From Octopus vulgaris (Eukaryota): DNA of 64,000 nucleotides. Positions 41,091-54,335 of this stretch are shown one piece after another. How positions within the stretch are numbered: the stretch's first letter is position 1; every line of letters begins with the position of its first letter. Below the pieces are notes generated by a model that worked only from the letters and a program-made list of their open reading frames with translations, ran no database searches and had not been told where the DNA came from. Where the stretch lies: positions 14,818,001 to 14,882,000 of the forward strand of contig OX597825.1 in NCBI GenBank assembly GCA_951406725.2. The letters run 5' to 3'. The position numbers and the translations under genes are program-made.

Positions 41091-42238
41091 CTTACATTTT
41101 GGTATCTTAGTGACTTCTTATATTTGGGAATACGCGGTATTATTTCCAAACACTGAATCAAATTATTCCGCATCAGTTCTAATTTATGTTTAACACTTCT
41201 GATACAGAATATGAATATTAATACTACTCATAATATATGTTATAATATTGTTAAACTAAGCGCATAATACTATATCCGTCTATTTCATCATGGAGGTTTA
41301 ACGGCAACATGTAAAACACGTGACTGCTTTGGCTAATTATGCAATAAATTCGTTGCACAAGGTAGGGGAAATGTCATGCAGGAACTCTTGATGTTCTGCA
41401 GATAATAGATCTGAGTAAAGATACACATTTCATAGAGCTATTGGGCAACACTATTCTTAAACACCGTTTCTTCTATTCGTTGAATTCTTTATTGATAACC
41501 ATTATGGCATTCACTATTATACGTTAGTAAAGTAGCTTTTCTCCGATTTCAGTAAAATTGAGTGTAACACGACCATCAAGATCCATTATCTCTGCAGTCG
41601 CTTATTTCAACTTCCAGAAAAAAAAAAGACTTAAGTAATTGCAATTGGAAAAGTTACATGAGGATATAAAAATATGAAAGATGATAACCAGGAAGGTTGG
41701 AATACACGCACGTTATATCAGATTACTGTTGGAAATTTACGAAAACCTTTCGGTGATATCGCTCTATATCTCACAGAAAATATGTATTGAAGTCCAGAGA
41801 AGTTTATGCATTTCTGCATATTTTGAACTCACCTACTATTTAGGAATCCCTTTCCGAGCCTTCAATCATTCAAATATGTGTTTTTCGTAGACTGTCGTGT
41901 GAGTAGAGCTTACTTAGATTTTGTTTGCCCGAGCACTGGCTATGATTGTTAAAGCGATGGGTGGTGCTCTCGGGTCAACAATAAAAGAAGCAATAATGTT
42001 CATCTCCCAAAGAGCTGTTATCTCTTGCTGCATCTACTGCTTTCTATTTCCCTTTATCTTCTTCTGGCTTCTCTGCGCGAGAGACATTGAAGACGACTTA
42101 CTACCAGTCTTAGAGATTTGGAGCCCTACTAGTGTGCACTTGCAACACGAATGACCTTCACTTTGCTCCATTATTGACTATATGTCAAAGACTGCTGTGA
42201 GAAACCTGTCCTACTAAAAATTTGTGCGAAATCTATAT

Positions 42239-42637
42239 AGGCGCAGGAGTGGCTGTATGGTAAGTAGCTTGCTTACTAACCACATGGTTCCGGGTTCAGT
42301 CCCACTGCGTGGCACCTTGGGCAAGTGTCTTCTGCTATAGCCTCCGGCCGCCTTGTGGGTAGATTTTGTAGACGGAAACTGAAAGAAACCCCTCGTATAT
42401 ATGTATATGTATATATATGTATCTGTGTCTGCGTGTCTGTGTTTGTCCCCCCAACACCGCTTGACAACCGATGCTGGTGTGCTCACGTCCCCATTAATTT
42501 AGCGGTTCGGCAAAGAGACCGATAGAATAAGTACTAGGCTTACAAAGAATAAGTCCTGGGGTCGACTTGCTCGACTAAAGGCGGTACTCCAGCATGGCCG
42601 CAGTCAAATGACTGAAACAAGTAAAAGAGTAAAAGAT
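42239..42637 (+). mobile_element. Family-A SINE, near full length
   Basis: ggcgcaggagtggctgtatggtaagtagc...gggttcagtccc...gatgctggtgtg...gcatggccgcagtcaaatgactgaaacaagtaaaagagtaaaag. Confidence 0.93.
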
Positions 42638-43841
42638 AGAGACAGACCATATTTTTCTCTGAGTCATCTCTGCAATCAAATGCGTTATTTATAACGCCAG
42701 CGTTGCAACATCGCTGTGACGACGTCAGTAGGTATATATATGGCGGGGTTTCGTTCCAAACAAATGAGCTAGCGTACCACTACGCGCTTACGTTGATAAA
42801 TCGGTTAGTGTTATCTTCTAATCCACAATATTAGACAACACACCCACACCTCTATTAGACTTTCTGCAGTTTATGAATGACAAACACTGTCAGACATTAG
42901 CAGCAGGCCTACACAAGCTTTTGTAGTGAGATGTTTAATACAATTCTCCTGTTTAAATCAGTAGGTGTGCAAATCTCTAGATTTTTCCGATCTGAATGAT
43001 ATCGTCAAGTGATAAAGCTGGGGCGTATTTTTTTCGAGACTTGTCTTGTATTTGGGGTTTTTTTTTTTTTGTTTCATTTTCACTGTCAACATTATCACAA
43101 GATATGTTTGTCTTTTGCTGCTGTTGACAGAAAACTTTTATTGTTATTTGAGATTTTATTCGGCAGTTTTCGTTTTATGTTTGTGAAAACATAGCTATAA
43201 CTTTCCATTTACATCGTTTTAAATTTCTTTTTTATGGCTTCACATGTTCCATAAAATACTGAGCATGGACAGAAATGAACTTCCTCTCTGGTCGTTGGTT
43301 GGATTCATAGTCTAACATATTTAAAATACCATTTTCTGCAAACTTAGATATACATCAAGTAAAAATTATAACCAAACGCATATGAATATACTAATTATGT
43401 CTAAACACTCTGACAGACATTGCATGCACATACGTTTACATATTTATATTTAAGTGAGTGCGTATGAGGTAATATATGGATGTATGTACATAAATATATA
43501 TGTTTATTTGTAACTGAATGTATAATGGTACCTTCCTTAAAGTAGCCAGTCATTTGTTCAGCACGTATGCTAGGATGGGATTTGACCGAGATCAATTTTA
43601 CGTCAGGTCAGTTCTTCCGCTGTTCAACATCAATGATTTCCAGCGGGAAAAAAAGGACGTAACTATCTTGGTATCAAGGTCTTTAAAGAAGTTATCATAA
43701 GGACGGTGAAACCAACTGCGGAATGCCAGAAAGTGCTTAATACCGTATTTATACGCACAGTTTACGTCCCAAACCGTCCTTAATCAATATTATGACCATA
43801 TTGTTTTGAGGTATAGAATGGATTTTCTTTCTTTTACTCAT

Positions 43842-44256
43842 AGGCGCAGGAGTGGCTGTGTGGTAAGTAGCTTGCCAACCAACCACATGGTTCCGGGTTC
43901 AGTCCCACTGCGTGGCATTTTGGGCAAGTGTCTTCTGCTATAGCCCCGGGCTGACCAATGCCTTGTGAGTGGATTTGGTAGACGGAAACTGAAAGAAACA
44001 TGTCGTATATATGTATATATATATATAAGTGTGTGTGTATATATTTGTGTGTCTGTGTTTGTCCCCCTAGCATTGCTTGACAACCGATGCTGGTGTGTTT
44101 ACGTCCCCGTCACTTAGCGGTTCGGCAAAAGAGACCGATAGAATAAGTACTGGGCTTACAAAGAATAAGTCCCGGGGTCGATTTGCTCGACTAAAGGCAG
44201 TGCTCCAGCATGGCCGCAGTCAAATGACTGAAACAAGTAAAAGAGTAAAATAGAGT
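43842..44256 (+). mobile_element. Family-A SINE, full length
   Basis: Same head, core, internal (TA/TG)n and tail as the copy at 42239. Confidence 0.94.
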
Positions 44257-44679
44257 ATATCCTCGGTTGTCTGACATGAATCATATAGGGAAAGAATTGA
44301 TTCATACAACGGCACGATCAGCAATCATCTATTGTCTTATCAGTAACTTAAAAAGTACGCAGGGAGAAGCGAAGATAAAAGAGATCAATAGAAATTGAAA
44401 TTGATCAATTGGAGGAATTTTGAAACTCATAACAAGAAGAGAAAATTTTAGTGAGGAAGCATTATAGGTAATATTATGCTGATATCATAAGTGGTAAATA
44501 TATTACGATATTACTATATATATTTATATACTTCTTCTATATCGCTTTCCTATCTACTCGTGATTCGCTGTTGCAGAGTTCCTGAAGAAGCAAATACTAT
44601 ACACAACACCTCTTACACGCACACACACTCATCTATCTATCTATCTATATATATATAGATAAATAGATAGATAGATAGG

Positions 44680-44710
<31 letters not shown>

Positions 44711-44881
44711 ATAAATAGACAGTGACAAATAAATAGATATATTCCTTGATATACATATATACACAGGCGTGAATACATATAAATGTATCTTTATACGTAT
44801 ATACATAATTTCATTGATACACCCACACACACTCTCTCTCTCAGACACACTCAGATACACGTTCACACATATACATACATA

Positions 44882-44927
<46 letters not shown>

Positions 44928-44968
44928 ATACACACACACACGTATATACACACACACACACACACACA

Positions 44969-45018
<50 letters not shown>

Positions 45019-45438
45019 AGTGCCTTTCTGCAAATAAGTGCGAGTGGTGTGCTACGTGTTTTGAAGATTATTGAAAGGTCAGCATTGTTCAGGAAAATCG
45101 AAATACTGTGTTCATGTACAAGAAGCCAGAAATTTCACATTGTACTCATAATTTTCATATTGCAAAATCTATAAGTTTAATCAAGAAAGCAATAAAAGAA
45201 TTCCGAACGTGATCTTTTTTTATGCAGTATAAAAATGTAATAAAATATTGTGAATTTTCATTTCTAATTTCGAAAGATTGCCACTTACAGAAACCAGCAG
45301 GAAATTACATATAAGAATGTTCGAAGAATTTAAAGGATTTTCTTTGAAAATCCGATTTCACATAAGAAAGTTCACACCTAATGGCACGAAAAATTTCCTA
45401 CATTTCTCAATACGGCATTTAGTACATCTCTCTCCCTC

Positions 45439-45479
<41 letters not shown>

Positions 45480-45715
45480 GTATCTATATCTATATCTCTC
45501 ATTCACTCATTCCCTTTCTCGTTCTTTCTTTCTTTCTCGCTTCCCCCCCTCTTCATTTATATAGTCACAAATATATATGTATATATACACACACGCACAC
45601 ACCTATATATATATATATATATATACACGCACACACCTATATATCTGTGTGTATATATATATATATATATATATGTATAATATACTCACACACACATTTG
45701 CATATATATGTATAA

Positions 45716-45746
<31 letters not shown>

Positions 45747-45797
45747 ACGTAATTGGTCAGCTAATATATGTGTGTGTATCTTTATATACATACGTAT

Positions 45798-45842
<45 letters not shown>

Positions 45843-45846
<4 letters not shown>

Positions 45847-45898
45847 GGTGCCCCAGCATGGCCACAGCTCGTGAGCAGAAACTAGATAAAATAGAATA
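45843..45898 (+). mobile_element. Short SINE/LINE 3'-end fragment in (TA)n
   Basis: ggcggtgccccagcatggccacag...gaaactagataaaatagaa resembles the family-A terminal ggcggtgctccagcatggccgcag. Confidence 0.6.
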
Positions 45899-46451
45899 CA
45901 ATATAATTATATATATATATATATATTTATATATGTATATATATATATTTTATCTTAATTATAAATACACATGCACACACACACATATATGTATATATAC
46001 ATGAAGGTTACCTGGTTCCCAAATCTTCGAAATTTATCGATATTTCCACAAATTCCAATACTAACCTAGATCTTTCTACGCATTTCAAATTCACCACTGT
46101 TTATTCCTATCCGTAGCTAATCCAATCGATCACGTATGTTAATGTGCTCTCATACTCTTAGCTGTAATAATATAACTAAACTTAACCTAGCATCACGTAA
46201 GTGTATATCTATATGCATGTATTTGTACGTATGTTTTTATATATAAATATGTGAATCTTCGTATATATGAGTGTGCACCCAAATTCATAACTATATGTAT
46301 ATTTATACAAATGAGAAAATTGTAGTGATTATCTATAATAAGTTCGTGAAATAGATGGAAAGGAAAAATATAAACATCGATTCTCTGACCTATTTTCTCT
46401 TATGTGTTCTCGTTGTTTACCATCTCTGTTGGAGATGGATATATATATATA

Positions 46452-46521
<70 letters not shown>

Positions 46522-46525
<4 letters not shown>

Positions 46526-46712
46526 AGAGTTTACGAAAGAAATAACAAAAGACGAAGACAGGTGGTGTACAAAACAAACAGATGTATTAGTATAACGCTC
46601 AGGAATAGAAAAAGTGTTTTACGTTTCGAGCCTACGCTCTTCTAAAGAAAGGGACACAGAAAACAAGGAAGGAAACAAGGAGAGAAAAAATGTGTGTAGT
46701 GGCTAACGATCT

Positions 46713-46716
<4 letters not shown>
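46522..46716 (-). mobile_element. Penelope-like pLTR fragment between (TA)n tracts, with degenerate hammerhead at 46616-46653
   Basis: Homologous to 12018-12210; minus strand reads cccttt-CTTTAGA-a-gagc-gtag-gctc-GAAAC-GTA-aaac. Confidence 0.72.
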
Positions 46717-46746
<30 letters not shown>

Positions 46747-46792
46747 AGATCGTTTTTGTTGTTGTGTATATATATATATATATATATATATA

Positions 46793-47330
46793 CACAACAA
46801 CTTAAAAAAGTGACTTATTAGCAATTAAAACCTACAGGTGAAATTAATAGACAGTTAACCCTAGGCGTTGGCAGCCGCTGTTGAGGATTGAGATGATCTA
46901 CATCAAAAGTTCAAATCGCGGTCCGGCTATGTACGCTGCGGGCATACCTCCTTTTGTCAATCATTCTAGACAGTGCGTTTGTGGCTCTGAGTTGCTAGTC
47001 ACTTTTGTGACCTGTATTAATTTTACCTTTATGTTCTAATTGCTAATAAGCCGACCTTTTTGATTTGTTGTTTACACTTGAACCGATTTGGAAATCAGCA
47101 AACTTTATGAGACTAACAGAGGCGGTTGAGCTTACTCCTAGGCGTTAGGAGCTGCTGATGAGGAATGAGATTGGAAGAAACGTAATTATATCAATAAAGA
47201 AATAACTTGTGTATAAATTAAGTGTGATGTTATTATTTATTAACAAAAAACTATCATCATAATACCCCTATCAGAAGAGGGGTAAGACCAATGTCCATCC
47301 GACAACGTAATTGGTCAGCTAATATTTAAA
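46793..47330 (+). mobile_element. Penelope-like composite: inverted repeat (~46795-46860 vs ~47008-47071), direct repeat (46860 vs 47137) and degenerate hammerhead cores
   Basis: cttattagcaatta vs taattgctaataag; cctaggcgttggcagccgCTGTTGAgga vs cctaggcgttaggagctgCTGATGAgga; agccg/cggct stem I around ...aaatcgcgGTC. Confidence 0.6.
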
Positions 47331-47552
47331 AACACTATCGTTCGATTGGGTCCGTTAAAAGTAATCAATAAAATACGAAACAAATTGAAGAAAAATTCAA
47401 GGAAAATTTAACAAAATAATTGCCTGAGGGGTTTTAAATACCAAGTGTCAATAAGAATAAATGAATAAACATGTACTGAAAGGAATCTGTTATTATGTTT
47501 TGAATACTTCTAAAATAATTTTCGTATTGAAAAACATATATATATATATATA

Positions 47553-48040
47553 AAGTTAATCGAAACATGAAAACACAACAACGCGTGGACGTGAAACAAA
47601 TATAGTATTATTGGACAGTCAGGAAAGAAGGGAAGAAGGAGGGCTTAACGTTTCGAGCGGAGCTCTTCGTCAGAAACAGAGGAAAAGGAAAGATCCAGAG
47701 AAGGGAAGACGTGTGTGTGTGTGTGTTGTGTGTGTGTGTGTGTATACCAAAGTAAGCACATAAATGCGAAACAAGGTGGAAAGTATAGTACTCGAATACC
47801 AGAGGTATGAAAAAGCAGCAAAAAATCACAAAATATATCAGAAATACTGTTACTCAGTTTCACGTTCCAGTTCATCGGACAGTTTTGTTTAGAATGGAAC
47901 GAAAATAAGATTATAAGCAAACATATAGGATTAGTTTAATGGATACACATTTTTTTCCATTCTAAATAAAATTGACAAACGAACGGGAACGTAAAACTCT
48001 GGGTAAGTTTTTGTGATATCTTTGCTGCTTTTTAATAAAG
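47553..48040 (-). mobile_element. Penelope-like fragments between (TA)n tracts, including an imperfect inverted repeat 47811-47905 / 47950-48032
   Basis: aaaagcagcaaaaaatcacaaaa vs ttttgtgatatctttgctgctttt; tttagaatggaa vs ttccattctaaa; hammerhead at 47644-47676. Confidence 0.65.
47644..47676 (-). ncRNA. Minimal type I hammerhead ribozyme motif (Penelope-type), core intact
   Basis: Minus strand: ttt-CTGACGA-a-GAGC-tcc-GCTC-GAAAC-GTT-aag; palindromic AACGTT stem III as in PLE minimal hammerheads. Confidence 0.7.
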
Positions 48041-48058
48041 TATATATATATATATATA

Positions 48059-48221
48059 GGCGCAGGAGTGGCTGTGTGGTAAGTAGCTTGCTAACCAACC
48101 ACATGGTTCCGGGTTCAGTCCCACTATCTGGCATATTGGACAAGTGTCTTCTCCTATAGCCCTGGGCCGACAAAAACCTTGTGAGTGGATTTGGTAGACG
48201 GAAACTGAAAGAAGCCTGTCG

Positions 48222-48254
<33 letters not shown>

Positions 48255-48480
48255 ATATGTGTGCGTGTTTGTGTGTCTGTGTTTGTCTCCCTAGCATTGC
48301 TTGACAACCGATGCTGGTGTGTTTACGTCCCCGTCAATTAGCGGTTCGTCAAAAAGAGACCGATATAATAAGTACTGGACTTACAAAGAATAAGTCCCGG
48401 GGTCGATTTGCTCGACTAAAGGCGATGCTCCAGCATGGCCGCAGTCAAATGACTGAAACAACTAATAGAGTAATAGAGTA
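48059..48480 (+). mobile_element. Family-A SINE, full length
   Basis: Same structure as the copy at 43842. Confidence 0.93.
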
Positions 48481-48773
48481 ATATATATATATATATAGTG
48501 AGAATTTATAAAAAAATAAAAACAGACGAAGACTGGTGTGTAAACAACAGACAGATGTATTAGTTTAACACGTACATACATACATACATAAATACGTGAG
48601 TGCGTGTGAATGGTAATAGCGCAGACAAAAACAGAAAAAGAAAATGACATTCCCAAACATCTTTAATTTTAAAATAATTATAAAGCAAAAGACATGAAAT
48701 TATCTATATTGCGACACTAATTGTAAGCAAGAGATTTTGACAACTCCAATATAATCGTACCGCAGAAATAGTG

Positions 48774-48830
<57 letters not shown>

Positions 48831-48968
48831 CTGTGTGTGTGCGTTTATGTGTTTGTGTGTGTGTATGTTTGTGTATGTGTGTGTGTGTGGTTCAATTTCT
48901 TTATATTTTGCAAATATTTACAAACCTAAAGAATCTGTTCTTAACACTGCTCAATATACATTGTGAAT

Positions 48969-49117
48969 TGTGGTAAGTAGCTTGCTAACCAACCACATGG
49001 TTCCGGGTTCAGTCCTACTGCGTGACATCTTGGGCAAGTGTCTTCTGCTATAGCCCCGGGCCGACCAATATCTTGTGAGTGGATTTGGTAGACGGAAACT
49101 GAATGAAGCCTGTCGTA

Positions 49118-49184
<67 letters not shown>

Positions 49185-49402
49185 TTGTGTGTGTTTGTGT
49201 GTCTGTGTTTGTCCCCCTAGCATTGCTTGACAACCGATGCTGGTGTGATTACGTCCCCGTCACTTAGCAGTTCGGCAAAAGAGATTGATAGAATAAGTAC
49301 TGGGCTTACAAAGAATAAGTCCCGGGGTCGAGTTGCTCGATTAAAGGCGGTGCTCCAGCATGGCCGCAGTCAAATGACTGAAACAAGTAAAAGAGTAAAG
49401 AG
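48969..49402 (+). mobile_element. Family-A SINE lacking the first ~15 bp, with expanded internal (TA)n
   Basis: tgtggtaagtagcttgctaaccaaccacatggttccggg...aagtaaaagagtaaagag. Confidence 0.92.
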
Positions 49403-49703
49403 TATAACAAAATTTATTTCAGAGTGTCAGGGAAATACTATTTATCATTTTTTTTTTTTATTTTATGCTTCTTTTTTTTAAAAAATAATTTTGATTATTT
49501 TCTCAGCAATATTTCTAAATTAATGTAAGGAATTTTCTCTTTCCGAAACAATTTCATGTCGGAAATTACTGACACCTATGTGTCACTGAATCTGTCTATA
49601 TTAAGGAACGAATTTGTAAGGCCTTGTTACCCCTATGGTAAAAGTAACGGAAAAGATCATGGGAACCTTGGGCAATAGTGTCATGCAAAACGAAAAAACA
49701 TTT

Positions 49704-49820
49704 CAGATAGATAGACAGACATACAGACTTATAGATGGATAGAAAGATAGACAGACAGATAGATAGACAGATAGACAGAGAGAAAAACAGACAGACAGAT
49801 GGATAGAACGATAGACAGAC

Positions 49821-49915
<95 letters not shown>

Positions 49916-50020
49916 CAGACAGATAGATAGACAGATAGACAGAGATATAGACAGACAGACAGATGGATAGAAAGATTGACAGACATATAGATAGACAGAT
50001 AGACAGACAGATAGACAGAC

Positions 50021-50053
<33 letters not shown>

Positions 50054-50106
50054 TAGATAGAAAGATAGACAGACAGACAGACAGACAGGCAGACATACAG
50101 ACAAAC

Positions 50107-50147
<41 letters not shown>

Positions 50148-50192
50148 TAGATAGATAGATAGATATATATGTATATATATATATATATATAT

Positions 50193-50284
<92 letters not shown>

Positions 50285-50315
50285 GCAGATTGATTGATTG
50301 ATTGATTGATTGACA
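49704..50315. repeat. Long (GATA)n/(GACA)n/(GATT)n tetranucleotide array
   Basis: Direct reading; source of the LSIY/LSVC ORFs. Confidence 0.97.
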
Positions 50316-51302
50316 GAAGTATTCAGATTACTAAGACACAGATACATATCTGCTGAAATGTGTACACATGTATAGTTACACTATGGCATGCTGTGTGTTT
50401 CGTATTGTACATCCACATACTGCGCTGTATACGTGTGCACCGCTCACAACGACCACCTGTCTCTATCACGCAACCACATACATGTTCGATTTACTGCATA
50501 AAATGGACGAAACACATACACATACGATTTTTTTTCTGATTTTCTATTCGATTTCAAGTGCATGTAAACAAAATACAGTGTTAACACATATAATCGAATA
50601 AACTGAGATCTCTTTGCATTTTTTTCCCTTCGACATAAATATTTTCCTTTTTACTTTTAATTTCCATCGTATTTAATACTTACTTGGACGAGTTTTGTAT
50701 TCATTTCCATATACAGACATGTAAACCTACTTTTATATATTATACTCTGTGACCTCATAAATACTTTACAGGAAAATAACATAAACACGAAAATATCAAC
50801 AATCATAAATATAATCGTGTAGGTTTAAGTAATGTCTACAAACTTTAACAATCTCATAGGCATTTCACAGATAACAGAACTCTAATCTGAAAGGATTCTA
50901 TCATTTCAAATTATCTTCTGGATGAATGGTTCTAATTCTTTTTAAAACTGTGGAAACCAGCATTAGTTAATATATTTATTTCGTTGCTTATATTTTAACA
51001 AATTCAGTTGTATTTATTTCCGTTCGTTTTATATAACATAGTATGAACTTGATGGAGTGTAAAATATTTAAAACATCAACCAGCATTGTTATACAGGAAA
51101 TATAATCCTTTCCTAAGAACATAAAACATGTCTGGATGCATATTCTCTATAGGAAAACTAAGTAAAGAGAAACAAATCTGCAACGAAGTTAGCAAAAATT
51201 ACACCTGCGGAACGCTTACGCACTAGGAGGGATTATAGGGAAATTTACCCAGTTCATTATGTCACATGATCTGACTTTTCAAGCCTTGGACACAATATTT
51301 GA

Positions 51303-51540
51303 CCGAAATATGTTATATGAGCGAAAACTAATATGTTGTGTGAGGGAAATATGGTATATGATCGAAAACCAAGGTGTTATAATAGCGGAGACTGAGATGT
51401 TTTAGAAGCAAAATATGCTATATGAGCGAAAACTAAGTTACTATATGAGTGAAATGTATTTTATGAGCGAAAACAAAGATGTTAAATGAGCGAAATATGT
51501 TATATGAGCATCAATTAAGATGCTATATGATCGGAATATT
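51303..51540. repeat. Degenerate minisatellite of mostly alternating 18-bp and 23-bp related units
   Basis: gaaatatgttatatgagc / gaaaactaagatgttatatgagc, about 11 subunits. Confidence 0.8.
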
Positions 51541-53093
51541 CTGCAGTGCGCATTTTTATTTGTACTGCGACTTTCATACACCATTGAACAAGAAATTACA
51601 TTTTCTTCTGACCGTGTAGCCTATACTCGTATTTTACTTGTGTGTCAGATGAGTAGATTTTAATATTGTTTTCGAATTGAATTATCTTAAAGACAATAAC
51701 ATGGTTACAGACCATAAAGAAAATTGCGCTAATATTATCTGATAATAACAGTACACTTACAGATAGTTACAAAATATATTTTGGTCAATATAAAAATTGT
51801 TGAATTTCGGGATGGTTACATTTTTTGTTTTGTTTTTCTTTACAAATACGCACTCATTTTGCAGCTAGCAGCGGGATGTTAGAACATACAATTATGTAGA
51901 GCATATGAATAAACAAACACTGACAGAAACACAACTTCTGAATCCTCATTCGACATAGCCATTCTGGTTGAAGCGATTTTTAGTTAGAGGACTGGATTTT
52001 AGTTACGAAAGAAGGAAGGATATAATGTATAAAGAAAACAGCGATACTGGCCTACAAAGTGTCACCATTGAGGGTTAATAATGATTAAAATCTGAAACCT
52101 GATTGTTCTGTTGCATTCGAGCACCATTCGTAACATTTTTCAAATGAGACAGCATAAATTGGTAAGCTGATGGAATTGTCGGCAATAAGAATTTCGGAGT
52201 AAGGCAACAATACTGTTTTCAAAAGAAGTATAGTAACAAGAGTAATCTTATCAACATTAACGTTGAGTTGTGACAACGAGATTAATATTACACTATAAAT
52301 ATTTTCTTCTATTAGCAGTTAGACATCTTCCTTTTCAAATATTCCGAAACGACGCCATGCTGTCCACATTAAAGAAAATGGTAGTGTTATTATATGCACG
52401 CCATTTACAAAATCCTAAGTGCACCTAAATTCATTTGATTTGGTTGATGAGCTACTGAAAATAACTTGGGGAGCACTGTGTTTTTTTAGTAAGCTTATAC
52501 CGTAGAGTTTTTCACTCATTCAAAATATTGTGTTTACAAACGTCGATTCATAAGGTTCTCATTGTAAATAATTGAGTAACCCTCCACCAAGAACTGATCA
52601 TAATATAAAAACAAGAAATAGTCTTGTGTGCCTGATGATCCCTACATAAGTGGCGACTGTCAGAAGATGCTGATCTAAAATTCCTAAGGTGGTAACAAAT
52701 TGTTTCATGAAAATAAATTCTTAAAAATTGTAGCAAAATAATATTCATTATTGAATCCCACGTCAATGATCAATTATGTTGTTCAATGCTAAATGACATA
52801 TGGAATAATGTGGCAACATATCTTTCGTGTAATCTTAGGGGAACACCGTATCTCGATTATTTACAAGTGAACTGTAAAAGCTATCGAAATATTCCTAAAG
52901 AGAGATGGTTATTGATAACAATACCTGTAGTTTGTCTCCCCTCTCTCTGCCACACATGACTGTCTCTCTTTCTACCTCTCTCCTCTTACTCACTCTATTT
53001 CTATCTAACTCTATATATTTACATAAGCATTTATGCTTCTAAGTAAACATCTATACTTATGACTCGCAATCTCTCTCTCTCTCTTTCTCTCCC

Positions 53094-53181
<88 letters not shown>

Positions 53182-53326
53182 CACATATATACATATACAT
53201 GTATAAATATCCCTCTCACTTTCTCTCCCTCTCACTTCCTATTATATATATATATAGAGGAAGAGAGGGGGAGAGCCAGCTAGCTAGATATGTAGATAGA
53301 TAGACAGACAGACATACAAATAGACG

Positions 53327-53433
<107 letters not shown>

Positions 53434-54145
53434 CCATTTAATGTAAAATGAAAAGAAATCAGCTATAAATTTATGGAAAAAATAATGAATGTTGAATGGA
53501 AAATAAAGCACAAATTTTGAAAGAACTAACATTAATCTATACAGCAATATGAACTGTTACGCCAATTCAGAAGTCTGACATTAAAAGTACACTATATTAG
53601 CTTCCGTATCAAATGAGGTAGTACGTTCAAATCTCTATTTAATTAACTGCCACATATTTGAAAGGTTGATGTCCTGTTCATTTATTTATTTTTTTTCTGT
53701 AACAATTTGTGATTTTTATTTTTGATTCCGTTGGTCAGTTTGCTTTTTATCTGCTTTGAATAAAACACAAACTTATTACAAAGCATCGCATATAAAACGA
53801 ACATACACAATAAATTTAAATGCTAACTACACTATGTATTTATTGTTTAATGTTAATGGAAGTTGCTTCAAAGAGAAATGGGAAATGAAATGGAAGATCA
53901 AAAGCAAATTTATATCGCTGTTTAACTTCGAACATCCTGTTTTCTCTAGAGTTCTTCCACTTATTGTTGTTGATGTCATCTCCACTAGTCGTTTTAGTAC
54001 AAACACTTTGCTGGTACTTTGATATAAGCAGATAATGCATTTTTTGTACGTAGAGGGAATAGATACTATCGACTCGGTACTATCGGTTCAATAGTTTTTT
54101 ATATAGACATAGACATACACACACACATGTATATATATATATACA

Positions 54146-54234
<89 letters not shown>

Positions 54235-54335
54235 TCTGTGAGTTGACACACTCAGGAGAAGTTATGTCTACCACACACAAAAAAAAGGAGGCATAGAGAA
54301 TTCTGGAAGTGAATATATTATGTAATCCACCGGGA

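Noticed and set aside
39573-41173. Long ORFs (up to 272 aa) with 26-aa Cys-containing repeats and an acidic tail
   Set aside because: They arise from a 26-bp (non-triplet) satellite that is open in all frames, and the Asp run comes from an adjacent (GAC/GAT)n microsatellite.
42695-42800. CpG-rich patch with gacgtca and a TATA-like run as a promoter
   Set aside because: Short motifs like these are expected by chance, and no downstream gene is evident.
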